Below, piece by piece: positions 18,586 through 26,853 of a stretch of DNA of 64,000 nt (its first letter is position 1; each line of letters starts with the position of its first letter). The position numbers and the translations under genes are program-made. This DNA is from Solirubrobacteraceae bacterium (GTDB lineage Bacteria; Actinomycetota; Thermoleophilia; Solirubrobacterales; Solirubrobacteraceae). The stretch spans positions 21,750 through 85,749 of the forward strand of contig JAWVGM010000072.1 in assembly GCA_033855075.1 (NCBI GenBank), in the 5' to 3' direction. Under the pieces are notes generated by a model. It saw only the letters and a program-made list of their open reading frames with translations, was not told where the DNA came from and made no database searches.

Positions 18586-19359
18586 TTACGGCTGCAGGTA
18601 GACGCTGCGATAGATCGTGTCGGGGGCATCCGCGCGGTACAGCCTCACCTTGACGGGCAGCGCGCGGCCGCTCGGCACCGTACTGACGACATCGCTGAGC
18701 CGATGGCCCGGCGCGAGCCGCGGGTCTGCCCTGCCGATCACGTGTCGGCCTGCGGGCCGCGAGAATTCGATGATCTGGACGTGGTAACGCACGGCCCGCT
18801 GCTCCTGGTTATGGATCGTGAAACGGACCTTCGACGGTGACGGCCGCGTCGCCGACAGTGCCGTGTAGCCCTCGGCGGCGGGATCCGGCAGCGGCTGGCG
18901 CAGGACGACGAGCACCCCGGCGAAGACGCCCACGAGGAGCGCGAGAACGACCACCCACATCCGCATCGGCGCCGGCAACGCGTACGCGGTTGCACCACGA
19001 TCGTGGTGGCGAACCGCCGCGACCCCGGCGGCGACGAGCGCGATACCGGAGAGTGCCAGCGTGAACGTGCGTGCCGTGAGCTCCACCCCGGCGACGTCGA
19101 GGCCGAGCGCGGCCGCGATGCACAGTGCGATGCTCAGCGCGAGCGAGAGGACCACCTGCATCGCGAACTCGGGCCGGTCGTCGCCGAACATGGCGGCAAC
19201 GAGCGCGTACCCGGGCGCGGCGAGCACGAGCACAAGCCCCAGCACGGCGCGCAGCGGCGTGAGCGAGGGTGCGAGCAGGACGACCGCCGCTGCGGCGCAC
19301 GCGATCGCCGCCACCACGACGACGTCCGCGCGATCAGTCAACCAGGAACGCGGCCTCAT
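18586..19359 (-). CDS. DUF1616-like membrane protein
   Basis: N-terminal TM bundle with LRAVLGLVLVLAAPGYALVAAMFG, as in DUF1616 proteins, followed by a soluble C-terminal domain of about 110 aa. The start overlaps the upstream stop by 4 nt. Confidence 0.6.
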   Translation of the reverse strand: MRPRSWLTDRADVVVVAAIACAAAAVVLLAPSLTPLRAVLGLVLVLAAPGYALVAAMFGDDRPEFAMQVVLSLALSIALCIAAALGLDVAGVELTARTFTLALSGIALVAAGVAAVRHHDRGATAYALPAPMRMWVVVLALLVGVFAGVLVVLRQPLPDPAAEGYTALSATRPSPSKVRFTIHNQEQRAVRYHVQIIEFSRPAGRHVIGRADPRLAPGHRLSDVVSTVPSGRALPVKVRLYRADAPDTIYRSVYLQP

Positions 19360-21719
19360 TTCGGACCTCCAATCAGGATCGGCAACACGCCGACGTCGGG
19401 CGGGTCGTGACGCGCGAGGCTCGCGACACCCAGCGTGCCGCCGCCACCGAGCACGTCCCGCGCGGCCGAGCCGGTGACCACGAAGCGCAGGCTGCCCTCG
19501 CGCTTGCCGCCAGCCGAGATCGCGCGGGTCCCGTCGAACAGATCGTTGCGATCGTCCGCCGTGCGGGCCGGGGCAAACCGCCGTCCGTCGACGTTCAGAT
19601 ACATGTGGCGCCGGTCGGGGTCGGGCATCAGCGCGCGGCCCGAGCCGTTCTGCACCTGGATCAGCGCGGTCACCTCGGCGCCTCGCTGATCGCTGCGCAC
19701 CTCGCTCGACAGCAGCCGGACGGTCATCGCCCCGAATCGGATCGTGTTCGCCTTGCCGCCGAAATGCAGGACGGCGCTTGGCACCTCGCAGGATCCCGCA
19801 CGGAAGTCGCCGGCCCGGCGCGTGTCGCGGCAGGGTGGCGGCCCCATGCGCAGGCCCCGGACGTCGTAGATCGCGACGTGGCCGAGATCCAGCACGCGCC
19901 TGCTGCGCGGCAGGCGCTCGAACTTGTGCGCGACGGCGTCCGGATAGAACCCGAGCCCGCCGCCCGGATCGTCCGTGGTCTGGAAGAAGTACCCGGCGAG
20001 GTTGTTGGCACTGATACGCCGGTCGTCAACGACGACGTAATCGACCTTGTTGGCGGCGAGCAGGTCGCGCTCCCACGGCATGAGCTTGCCGTCCTTGAAC
20101 AGCGACGGGACGCCGTTCGCCCGGCCAGCGAGCACGAAGTGCGCCCCCGCTACGGCGAGCTGCCGGCCGGACGTCTCGTCGGCGACGTACGTCGACTTCG
20201 GCGGCAGGTTGCGCACCGCCCACGCCACGGCTTCCGAGCCCTGCGGACGCAGCGTCGCGCCGTTCTTCGCCTTCACCGCGATGGGCTGCGACGGCAGGAT
20301 CGCGCTCGGCCAGCCCTGGATGACACCGCCCGTGACGCAGATGAGGGCGAAGGCGGTCGCGAGCCCCGCCGCCAGTCGCGGGCGACGGGCCCTGCCCTGC
20401 ACGCGCGCCGAGATCGCGATCGCGAGCAGGAGGGCGACGCCGATGAACAGGAAGTCCGACGAGCGGTTCGCGGTCTCCCAGGCGCCCGGGAACATCTTCA
20501 GTGGGTAGAGCACGAGGAACCCGGCGCCGATCGCACCGAGCACGAGCGCGGGAGCCCGGCCGATGCGCCTGCGCCGCCAGAGGTCGTGGAGCGCCCAGAC
20601 GATGCCCGCGCAGATGAGCGCCGCGGACCCGAAGGCGAGGATCTTCTCGGGCAGCGGCGTGGTCAGCCCGCCCGCGGCCTCAAACGGACGGCGTGTCCCC
20701 TCGTTGGCGACGTCGACCACCGCCTGCCACGTTCGTGTTGCCACGAACCCGAGGTACGAGCCCGTGCCCTTTGCCACGAAGAGAAACCAGGCCAGCGCGG
20801 CCGCGGCAGCGGCGATCGTCAGCGCCGGTGCCCGCAGGTGTCCCGCGCCCCGGCGCGCACCGAGCGCGGTGAGGACGATCAGGGACACGACGAGCGCGTA
20901 GGAGGTGATGTGGTGCGTCGCGATCACCGCGCCCGCGAGCAGCATCGCCGTCGCCATCAGGGCCAGGCGCGCGCCGGGGCTCGGGGCGCGGCGACGGCTG
21001 ATGACCGCGAGCAGCGTGACCACGAACAGCGGCAGGCTCAGCGACTCGTAGGAGAACTGCGAGCTCCAGAACAGGAAGTTCGGGCTCGCGGCGTAGAGCA
21101 GCGTCCCGATGCCGGCCAGGCGGGTGGAGTCGGAGATGCGCTCGAACAACAGGAACAGCGCGAGCATGAGGATGAGCCGCGCCGAACCGATGACGATCGC
21201 GCCGCTCGCGTGCGGCGAGAGCCCTGAGATCGCGCTCAGCGCAGCTGTCACCGCGTGCAAGCCCGGGAAGCCCGATGCCACCGGGACGCCGGTGAGCGGA
21301 ATCTGCTCGAACAGACGGTGATCGGACAGCACCTGCTCGGTCGCGGCGAGGTGCGTGTACTCGTCGCTGATCGTGAAACCGAACGGGTCGTGCAGCAACT
21401 TGACCGCGTACGTCAGCAGTCCGAGGAGCACGACGAGCATGAGGCGATCCGTTCGCGGCGTCGTCGGCGAGATGAGGGCGATCGCCAGCGGGAAGACGAT
21501 GATCACGTACCCGAGCCAGAACGCCCCATGCGACCAGGTGGTGCCGGCGCCGGTGCGCTCCAGCAGGTACGCGCCGGAGACCACCCACAGCCCCATGACG
21601 GCGACGATCGACGCCGCGGCCGCATAGCGCCGGCGCGGCGTCCGCGCGCTACCAGCCGGCGGCGGCTGCTGCGGGAGGCGCGTCGCCGGGGGTGCGGTCG
21701 GTGTTCGCAGGATGCTCAC
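19356..21719 (-). CDS. large polytopic membrane protein, GT-C-like glycosyltransferase or polymerase (putative) with extracytoplasmic C-terminal domain
   Basis: GTG at 21719 overlaps the upstream GT4 stop (GTGA). About 13 or more TM segments, an early loop containing SDEYTH, and a soluble C-terminus of about 300 aa ending in a beta-sandwich-like segment (VTALIQVQNGSG...GKREGSLRFVV). The upstream part of the 933-aa track ORF is antisense/overlap artefact. Confidence 0.6.
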   Translation of the reverse strand: MSILRTPTAPPATRLPQQPPPAGSARTPRRRYAAAASIVAVMGLWVVSGAYLLERTGAGTTWSHGAFWLGYVIIVFPLAIALISPTTPRTDRLMLVVLLGLLTYAVKLLHDPFGFTISDEYTHLAATEQVLSDHRLFEQIPLTGVPVASGFPGLHAVTAALSAISGLSPHASGAIVIGSARLILMLALFLLFERISDSTRLAGIGTLLYAASPNFLFWSSQFSYESLSLPLFVVTLLAVISRRRAPSPGARLALMATAMLLAGAVIATHHITSYALVVSLIVLTALGARRGAGHLRAPALTIAAAAAALAWFLFVAKGTGSYLGFVATRTWQAVVDVANEGTRRPFEAAGGLTTPLPEKILAFGSAALICAGIVWALHDLWRRRRIGRAPALVLGAIGAGFLVLYPLKMFPGAWETANRSSDFLFIGVALLLAIAISARVQGRARRPRLAAGLATAFALICVTGGVIQGWPSAILPSQPIAVKAKNGATLRPQGSEAVAWAVRNLPPKSTYVADETSGRQLAVAGAHFVLAGRANGVPSLFKDGKLMPWERDLLAANKVDYVVVDDRRISANNLAGYFFQTTDDPGGGLGFYPDAVAHKFERLPRSRRVLDLGHVAIYDVRGLRMGPPPCRDTRRAGDFRAGSCEVPSAVLHFGGKANTIRFGAMTVRLLSSEVRSDQRGAEVTALIQVQNGSGRALMPDPDRRHMYLNVDGRRFAPARTADDRNDLFDGTRAISAGGKREGSLRFVVTGSAARDVLGGGGTLGVASLARHDPPDVGVLPILIGGPK

Positions 21720-22822
21720 GCCTGACCGTCCTTCTCCGCGTTGCGACCGAGGATCTGCGCGTAGAGCGACAGCAGGGCGTCGACCGTGTCGTCCCAGCTC
21801 TGCAGGTTCACGGGGGGCGCCTGCGGCGGTTGGTCGATGAGCTGCACGATCTGCGCCGCGTGCTCGGCCGCGTGGCCCTCGAGGTCGACGCCCGACGCGA
21901 GACGCTTGTTCGCGAGCTCGGACAGGCCGCCGCCATCGCGACCCACGAGCATGGGCACCCCGAGCGCGATGGCTTCGACGGCCGCCATCGGATGGGTCTC
22001 GAACTCGCTGAGGAGCGTCGCGACCGATGCGCCCGCGAGCTGGCGCGCGTACGCGTCGCGGTCGCGCTCGGCACGGATCTCGACGCGATCGGCGACGCCC
22101 AGCTCCCGGGCGAGGTCGGCAAGCTCGCTCCCGTAGGGCCCCGTGCCGGCGATCCACAGCCGGGCGTCGGGCACCTCACGCAGCACGTGCGGAAGCGCGG
22201 CGATGGCCCGCTGGTGGCCCTTGTAGCGCTCGAGGCGGCCGATGGACACGATCAGCGTGCCGTCGGTCGCGACCGAACCGTCCACAGCCGGGAGGTTGCT
22301 GCCGTTGGGGATCGTCACGAACCGGCCCGCCGGAAGGCGCAGGAGCGCGGGGTAGCGCTCGACCTCCCAGTCGGCGGTGGCGATCAGCGCAGCCGCCCTG
22401 GCGAGCACCGGGCGCATCGCCCGCAGCTGACGGTCGCGTACGGCCCCGCGTAGCCGCGACGTGTGGCCGCCCCCGTGGAATGTCAGCACGTAGGGCGTCC
22501 GCGATCGTGCGGCGGCGACCATCGCCAGCGGCGACAGGAACGTGTGGTAGCACTGCACGTGGATCACGTCCCAATCTCCCTGGGCGATGGCGCGGACCAC
22601 GCCGGGGGCGACGACCTGGTCGCCGTTCCGCGGCCACGCCGCGACGCGGCGGACACGGACGCCGCCGAGGACCTCGCTGCCAGGCAGCCGGCCGCTCGGG
22701 TCGGCAGTCAGCACGTCGACGTCGATGCCGCGAGCCTGCAGTCCGAGCGCCGTGGCGCGCACCGCGGTCTCGACGCCGCCGACAGACGGCTCGTAGAACG
22801 GCGTCACCTGCAGGACGCGCAT
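21716..22822 (-). CDS. glycosyltransferase family 4 (GT-B)
   Basis: Internal ATG at 22822 (MRVLQVTPFYEPSVGGVETAV). C-terminal EFETHPMAAVEAIALGVPML motif. Confidence 0.85.
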   Translation of the reverse strand: MRVLQVTPFYEPSVGGVETAVRATALGLQARGIDVDVLTADPSGRLPGSEVLGGVRVRRVAAWPRNGDQVVAPGVVRAIAQGDWDVIHVQCYHTFLSPLAMVAAARSRTPYVLTFHGGGHTSRLRGAVRDRQLRAMRPVLARAAALIATADWEVERYPALLRLPAGRFVTIPNGSNLPAVDGSVATDGTLIVSIGRLERYKGHQRAIAALPHVLREVPDARLWIAGTGPYGSELADLARELGVADRVEIRAERDRDAYARQLAGASVATLLSEFETHPMAAVEAIALGVPMLVGRDGGGLSELANKRLASGVDLEGHAAEHAAQIVQLIDQPPQAPPVNLQSWDDTVDALLSLYAQILGRNAEKDGQA

Positions 22823-22875
22823 GGTTGCCGTCGCGCGCGAGGTCCGAGGCGCGGGATGAGCCGCGGTGACGGTAG

Positions 22876-23667
22876 TCAGGACGTGCGCTCCGCCAGGGTG
22901 CGCGTGCGCCGCTCCGCGACGAGCAGGCGGAGGATCCGCCACCCGTCCCGCCACGTCCTCAGGTTGCTCTCGCCGAAGATGCGCCGCTCCTCGTAGCACG
23001 CGACCTCGGTGATGCTCAGACCGGCGCGCGCGGCGCGAATGCACATGATGGTCTCGCCTTCGAAGCCGCCCGCGCCGTTGACGACGTACGGGACGCAGTG
23101 CCGCCAGAACGCGTTGAACCCGTACGTGAGATCGGTGTAGCGCGTGCCGTGCATCACGTTGGCGGCCATGCCGAGCGCGCGGTTTCCGGCTGCTCGCAGC
23201 CGGGTGAAGTCGGCGCTGCCGCCTCCGGCGACGAGCCGTGAGCCCTTCGCGAAGTCGGCGCCGGCGACGAGCGCTGCGACGAAGCTCTCGATCTCGCTGG
23301 CCTTCTGCGAGCCGTCGGCATCGAGGGTGACGATGATGTCGCCTCGGGCAACCGCGAACCCGGCGAACAGGGCGTCGCCCTTCCCGCGGCCGGGCTGGCG
23401 CATGACGATGGCCGCCGGGCGCAACTCGCGAGCGACCCTCATCGTGTCGTCGGTCGAGCCGCCGTCGACGATGATCACCTCGTACTGCTCCGCGACGGCG
23501 GAGAGGACGTGAGGCAGGTTGGATGCCTCGTTCATCGTGGGGATGACGACGCTGACGGTCGGCTCGGGCTCCTTGCGGGGTCCGGTGCGACCGAAGCGCT
23601 CGTGGGTCGCGCGCTCTGGCAGATGCTGCTCTGACGCGAGGCTCTCCGTGATTGCGTGCGGCTCCAC
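22876..23667 (-). CDS. glycosyltransferase family 2, polyprenyl-phosphate sugar synthase-like (DPM1/Ppm1/GtrB-like)
   Basis: GTG with AAGGAG 5 nt upstream. VSVVIPTMNEASNL...VIIVDGGSTDDT...GRGKGDAL...IVTLDADGS follows the pattern of Dpm1/GtrB-type enzymes. Confidence 0.75.
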   Translation of the reverse strand: MEPHAITESLASEQHLPERATHERFGRTGPRKEPEPTVSVVIPTMNEASNLPHVLSAVAEQYEVIIVDGGSTDDTMRVARELRPAAIVMRQPGRGKGDALFAGFAVARGDIIVTLDADGSQKASEIESFVAALVAGADFAKGSRLVAGGGSADFTRLRAAGNRALGMAANVMHGTRYTDLTYGFNAFWRHCVPYVVNGAGGFEGETIMCIRAARAGLSITEVACYEERRIFGESNLRTWRDGWRILRLLVAERRTRTLAERTS

Positions 23668-24101
23668 AGTGCTCCTTTCGTGCCCGTCGCGTTGCGCCCG
23701 GCTTTAAGACCTGCTGTGAGCTCGCGTGGCTCCGCGTCCACGCGTAGCACCCACGGCAGCCGATCGCGTTGAGCTGGACTCACAACACGCGATACGGCCC
23801 TCCATGGGAGGCCCTGCCCTACCGATCGCCGCGCCCCGCACATCCGTGGCCGGCTGGTCCTGCGTCGCCCCGTCCTGGGACCGTGTGGCTCTGAGGCGCC
23901 TCACCCATGGCCCGCCAAAAATCTGCCGAACCCAGGTCTATTGCCTTATCGACAAGGTAGACCGATCGGGTCGCACCGATGTATGGCCGGACCGTCCAAA
24001 ACTTCTGCACGATCGTCCGACCGGCGGTCGAGGTCATCGCACGCCTGGTCAAGCAAACTGATCTACGGAACGTCGCTGCCGCACTTGCTATGAGGAGGCA
24101 C

Positions 24102-24890
24102 ATGAGCGCGTTGACCGCAGAGCACTCACCGGACGGAGCGCCGCACGCACCCGCGCGCGGCGCGCCGGGCCACCCCGATCCGGGCGGGCCCACCGCGGTG
24201 TCCGCGATGCTCGATCACCGGCTCGCGAAGATGGCGCCGATCAGAGGTGCCTGGCTGGACTGTGGCTGCGCCGACGGCGGCTACTGCGTGGCGCTGCTGG
24301 ATGCGGGCGCCGATCGCGTCGCCGGCGTCGACCCCGAAGCCGGGCGAATCGCAGCGGCCGGCGAGCGCGACTCGCGCGACGGAAGACTGTCGTTTCACAC
24401 CCTGACCGATGAGCGCCTGCCGTTTGCCGACGCCTCGTTCGACGGGGTGCTGCTCAATGAGGTTCTCGAACACGTCGAGAACGAGCGGGCGACACTGGCC
24501 GAGATCGCACGGGTCCTGCGGCCGGGGGGGCGGCTGGTGCTCTACAGCCCCAACCGCTTCTTCCCGGCCGAAGGCCACGGGCTGCGACTGAGCGCCCGAG
24601 TGACCCTGGGCTTTCCCGTTCCGCTCGTGCCGTGGCTGCCCGAGCGGCTGACCGCACGCTTCATGCGGGCCCGCAACTACTGGCCGTCCCAGCTGCAACG
24701 CCTCGTCGAGGAGTCCGGACTGGAGGTGAAGCGCCTCGGCACCGCCTTCCCCCAGTTCGCGATGTACTCGTTGCTGCCCGAGCGGGTGATCGCCGCCTAC
24801 CGCACGTTCGTGCCGATCTTCGAGCGCATGCCCGTCCTGCGCTGGTTCGGCGTTTCGGTGTTCATCGAGGCACGCCGGCCCGGCGTCTGA
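24102..24890 (+). CDS. class I SAM-dependent methyltransferase
   Basis: ATG at 24102 preceded by GAGGAGG. WLDCGCADGGY (motif I), FDGVLLNEVLEHV and LRPGGRLVLYSPN are present. Confidence 0.8.
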   Translation: MSALTAEHSPDGAPHAPARGAPGHPDPGGPTAVSAMLDHRLAKMAPIRGAWLDCGCADGGYCVALLDAGADRVAGVDPEAGRIAAAGERDSRDGRLSFHTLTDERLPFADASFDGVLLNEVLEHVENERATLAEIARVLRPGGRLVLYSPNRFFPAEGHGLRLSARVTLGFPVPLVPWLPERLTARFMRARNYWPSQLQRLVEESGLEVKRLGTAFPQFAMYSLLPERVIAAYRTFVPIFERMPVLRWFGVSVFIEARRPGV

Positions 24891-24916
24891 CCGTTCCCCG
24901 GGCTAGTCCACGTGGC

Positions 24917-25138
24917 CTAGCGGCGCCGGAACAGCCCGCCGATGGCGCCGATGCCACCGCCGATGACGAACCCGGCGACGGCCGCGCCGATGACTGCCTT
25001 CTTCTGGTGCACGACGAGCTGGCGGCGCCAGTCCGTCAGGACCGCAACCTCGCGGTGCAGCCGCTCGATCGACGTGCCGAGCTCGCGGCGGTTGGCCTCG
25101 ATCGAGGCGCGGATCTCCTCGGGCGTGCGCGTCGGCAT
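24917..25138 (-). CDS. DUF3618-like small protein with C-terminal TM anchor
   Basis: The internal ATG at 25138 overlaps the upstream stop (ATGA). TPEEIRASIEANRRELGTSIERL is a coiled-coil-like N-terminus, followed by a Gly-rich C-terminal TM segment (AVIGAAVAGFVIGGGIGAIGG). Confidence 0.7.
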   Translation of the reverse strand: MPTRTPEEIRASIEANRRELGTSIERLHREVAVLTDWRRQLVVHQKKAVIGAAVAGFVIGGGIGAIGGLFRRR

Positions 25139-25560
25139 CAGCGCTGGCTCTTGCCGCGCTTGAACTTGAACGTGCGCTTGATCTTCTGCGCCTCGTCGAT
25201 CGCCATGTCCGGCTTCGGCGGCGCGCCCTCGCGCAGAAAGCGCGCGGCGAGATAGCCCGCGAGCCCGCCCATCAGGAAGAGCAGGCCGGCGACGAAGAAG
25301 AAGCCCCAGAAGAACTCGTTCTGGCCGACAGGCAGCACGAACCAGGCCAGCCACGCGAAGCCGTGCAGGAGAAACAGCAGCCCGACGATCACGAAGATTC
25401 CCGCGCTGACCCCGACGACGATCCCCTTCAGCAGCTTGGTGATCTTCTCGGTGACCTCGGCCTTCGCGAGCTCGATCTCCTCGCGCACGAGCAGCGCAGC
25501 GCGCTCGGAGATCTCCTGGACCGTCTGGGAAAGCTCGTGAGTGGGGCTGTCAGTGGCCAA
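25138..25560 (-). CDS. Holin-X / DUF1469 family membrane protein (YqjE-like)
   Basis: 140 aa: an amphipathic N-terminus, then TM segments GIVVGVSAGIFVIVGLLFLL and FFWGFFFVAGLLFLMGGLAG, then a basic tail. The TTG start overlaps the upstream gene by 11 nt. Confidence 0.7.
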   Translation of the reverse strand: MATDSPTHELSQTVQEISERAALLVREEIELAKAEVTEKITKLLKGIVVGVSAGIFVIVGLLFLLHGFAWLAWFVLPVGQNEFFWGFFFVAGLLFLMGGLAGYLAARFLREGAPPKPDMAIDEAQKIKRTFKFKRGKSQR

Positions 25561-26083
25561 GGCGACGGATGATCAGGGCGAGCAGGAGGCCGCCACCGAA
25601 GGCGGCCCCGACGAGGATCTCAGGCCGCTCGGCCAGATCGAATGCTGGCTCTGGCCACGCGCCCTGTGACCCAGGCCTGATACCCGGTTCGTGGTGGGAG
25701 ATGCTGTCAGCCAATCGTGGGGCCGGCTCGGGCTCGAAGTGGTGCGGCGCCGGCGGCTGGTACGCGGGGATCGGCTCGGGCGGTGGCGGCTGGTAGGCGG
25801 GCTCCGGCTGCGGCGCGGCAGCAGCCGCCTCGGCGATGGGCGCCTCGTACGGCAGCTCGACCGCCTCGCCTTCGACGACGGCCTCGGCCTCGGGCGCGTT
25901 CGCCTCCGCCTCGACCACGGGCTCCTGCGCGACGGCTGGGCCCGCGGACGGAGGCGCGCTGTGGTCGCGCTGCCCCTCGGCGCCGGCCAGCGACTCGGCC
26001 GTCACCGACTCGGGCGCCGCAGGTGGGTATGCGGCGGCGTCGCGCGCGGACGCGTCCTTGCCACGACGTTTGCCGAATCTCAT
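25550..26083 (-). CDS. Pro/Ala/Glu-rich protein with single C-terminal TM anchor (hypothetical)
   Basis: The ATG at 26083 overlaps the stop of the upstream small ORF (ATGA). The body is a low-complexity acidic Pro-rich region ending in ILVGAAFGGGLLLALIIRRLGH. The upstream part of the 404-aa track ORF overlaps the TetR gene in another frame and is rejected. Confidence 0.6.
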   Translation of the reverse strand: MRFGKRRGKDASARDAAAYPPAAPESVTAESLAGAEGQRDHSAPPSAGPAVAQEPVVEAEANAPEAEAVVEGEAVELPYEAPIAEAAAAAPQPEPAYQPPPPEPIPAYQPPAPHHFEPEPAPRLADSISHHEPGIRPGSQGAWPEPAFDLAERPEILVGAAFGGGLLLALIIRRLGH

Positions 26084-26214
26084 TCGGGCGGGTCTTCCCC
26101 GTAGATACGGCGCCAGATCATGCCGGCGGCCCGCGTGGTCGCGATCGATGCCAGCGCGCCGAGGCCGGCGAGCAGTCCTGACCAGATGAGGCGCTTGACC
26201 ATGTCGTTGCTCAT
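26080..26214 (-). CDS. DUF4235-like small membrane protein (44 aa; below the ORF-track cutoff)
   Basis: Hand translation gives MSNDMVKRLIWSGLLAGLGALASIATTRAAGMIWRRIYGEDPPE. The ATG lies 12 nt after the TetR stop, and the stop overlaps the next ATG. Confidence 0.55.
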   Translation of the reverse strand: MSNDMVKRLIWSGLLAGLGALASIATTRAAGMIWRRIYGEDPPE

Positions 26215-26226
26215 GCCCGCATCCTC

Positions 26227-26853
26227 TCAAACAGCCCCGGCGGAAGCGGGCGCAGCTTCCAGCCCGCCGCAGATCGTCTCGACGATGAACGCCTTGGCCT
26301 GATCGAATTCGGCCTCGCTCTGGGGCAGCATGTCGAAGATCCAGCCGGTCAGGACCTGCTCGATCGCGCCGTAGAACGCGAGCGCGGCGAAGGCGGGCGT
26401 GACGTCGCGCTTGAAGCTGCCGTCGGCCTGTGCCTTCTCGACGATGTCGGCGATGAGCGCGTACGCCTCGCGGATCTTCCCGAGGTGCGTGCGGCCGAAC
26501 GAGTTCGCCGCCCGCGTGACCTCCACGATGATGACCTTCATGAGGTTCGGGTTGTAGCGGTAGGAGTCGATGATGAACGCGGCGATCGCGTGCAGCTTCT
26601 CGCGCGCGGGCATGTCCTGGCGGTCGATCTCCTTGATGACGTCGAGCAGGATGTTCCAGCGGTCGAGGAACAGCGTCGAGAGCACCTCGTCCTTGCTGCG
26701 GAAGTAGTGGTAGACGAGGCCGTAGGCGACGTTCGCCTCGTCGGCGATGTCCGAGACGCGGCACGCGTGGAAGCCGCGACTGGCGAAGGCGACGACTGCC
26801 GCGTCGAGGATCATCGCGCGCTTGTCGCCGCCGCTGGCCCTGGTCCCAGCCAT
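26227..26853 (-). CDS. TetR/AcrR family transcriptional regulator (FadR-like)
   Basis: Internal ATG at 26853 (ATGA overlap with the nitrilase-family stop). HTH segment FHACRVSDIADEANVAYGLVYHYFRSKDEVL. Confidence 0.85.
   Translation of the reverse strand: MAGTRASGGDKRAMILDAAVVAFASRGFHACRVSDIADEANVAYGLVYHYFRSKDEVLSTLFLDRWNILLDVIKEIDRQDMPAREKLHAIAAFIIDSYRYNPNLMKVIIVEVTRAANSFGRTHLGKIREAYALIADIVEKAQADGSFKRDVTPAFAALAFYGAIEQVLTGWIFDMLPQSEAEFDQAKAFIVETICGGLEAAPASAGAV

Noticed and set aside
24904-24912. CCACGTGG palindrome flanked by CTAG motifs between the convergent methyltransferase and DUF3618 genes
   Set aside because: It is an 8-bp palindrome with no loop and no extended stem. Such sites are common, and there is no basis for assigning a function.
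25138-25560. A Holin-X family gene as evidence for a phage lysis cassette or prophage
   Set aside because: No endolysin, spanin, capsid, terminase, integrase or att-like repeats are visible nearby. The same family includes the non-phage E. coli protein YqjE. I treat the gene as part of a cellular small-membrane-protein cassette instead.
26084-26764. The N-terminal 227 codons of the 404-aa track ORF 25550-26764
   Set aside because: This stretch is Arg/His/Gly-rich nonsense that overlaps the well-supported TetR gene in another frame. The real gene starts at ATG 26083, coupled by ATGA to the 44-aa ORF.
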